A stretch of 64,000 bases of DNA from contig CAZJQC010000008.1 of assembly GCA_964548195.1 (NCBI GenBank), positions 131-64,130 of the forward strand, given 5' to 3'. The notes beneath the pieces were generated by a model. That model saw nothing but the letters and a program-made list of their open reading frames with translations, searched no databases and was not told where the DNA came from. This document shows positions 63,530-64,000 of the stretch, one piece after another; the first letter of the stretch is position 1, and the number at the start of each line of letters is the position of its first letter. This stretch comes from an uncultured bacterium. Lineage in GTDB: Bacteria > Macinerneyibacteriota > Macinerneyibacteria > Macinerneyibacteriales > DSCS01. The position numbers were made by a program, and so were the translations under genes.

Positions 63530-64000
63530 TCAGGCGTTGAACAGGCCTCCGACGTCCACGTTTTTCCGTTCTTCCTGAGGTATTTCAAAGAGTTTTCTCG
63601 CTTTGAATTTACCCATGCCTGCTATTATGCTGTTGGGGAAGATCTGTATGGAGGTATTGAACTCGGTCACGGAAGCATTGTACGCACGCCTGGATGCGGC
63701 TATCTGTTCTTCTATGTTGTTAAGAGACCCCTGAAGCTGCATAAAGTTCTCATTCGCTTTAAGCTGGGGGTAGTTTTCCACCGCAACGAGTATGTTTCTC
63801 ATCAGGCCCGTCACCTGTCTGTCTATGTCAGCCTGCGTGTCGGGATCGCTGCTCTTGACAGCGTTGGCTCTAAGCTCCGTGATCTTTGTCAATGTCTCGC
63901 TTTCATGTTTCATGTAAGTCTTTACCGTATTCACAAGATTCGGTATAAGGTCATATCTTTTTTTCAGCATCGCATCGATCGACGCGAAGGCGTTATCGAC
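63530..64000 (-). CDS. lemA: LemA-family protein, partial (N-terminus lies beyond window end)
   Basis: The LemA core is LKKRYDLIPNLVNTVKTY. The frame stays open past 64000 (...VDNAFASIDAMLKKRYD). Confidence 0.8.
   Translation of the reverse strand, partial: VDNAFASIDAMLKKRYDLIPNLVNTVKTYMKHESETLTKITELRANAVKSSDPDTQADIDRQVTGLMRNILVAVENYPQLKANENFMQLQGSLNNIEEQIAASRRAYNASVTEFNTSIQIFPNSIIAGMGKFKARKLFEIPQEERKNVDVGGLFNA

Overview
This is a 64 kb, gene-dense segment of a bacterial chromosome at roughly 55-60% GC (judged by eye). I support about 60 CDSs and two tRNA-Leu genes. Nearly all genes lie on the minus strand; the plus-strand exceptions are 1782..4135, 17783..22189 and 48956..50338. The content is mostly housekeeping: leuS, thiT, fba, pyrG, kdsB, split hldA/hldC, rqcH, ispG, rseP, dxr, rpoZ, gmk, remA, yicC, xth, purA, engB, clpX, clpP, tig and tyrS. 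The organism looks diderm: there is a beta-barrel OMP ending in Phe, lipobox lipoproteins, and CMP-Kdo and ADP-heptose genes. Several loci are Firmicutes-like (yicC-remA-gmk-rpoZ, RqcH/FbpA, ECF ThiT, CBS-pyrophosphatase), which fits Negativicutes, Synergistetes or a similar lineage; that assignment is inference only. I found no CRISPR array, IS element, integrase, rRNA or riboswitch. The loci most worth a second look are: (i) a 1468-aa kinase-like / helical-TPR-like / GGDEF fusion; (ii) a DUF2089-DUF4097-membrane-SHOCT four-gene operon driven by a consensus promoter embedded in an array of TTAATATT repeats; (iii) a translationally coupled pair encoding an Ala/Pro-rich protein and a membrane-anchored HEAT-repeat cyclophilin; (iv) an AT-richer GNAT gene beside tRNA-Leu; (v) several unassigned proteins inside otherwise conserved operons, namely a 534-aa orphan and a P-loop ATPase / tandem-GAF / FmdB module; and (vi) consensus promoters that imply leaderless or near-leaderless starts. 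All family calls come from reading motifs in the supplied translations. Nothing was searched against a database.
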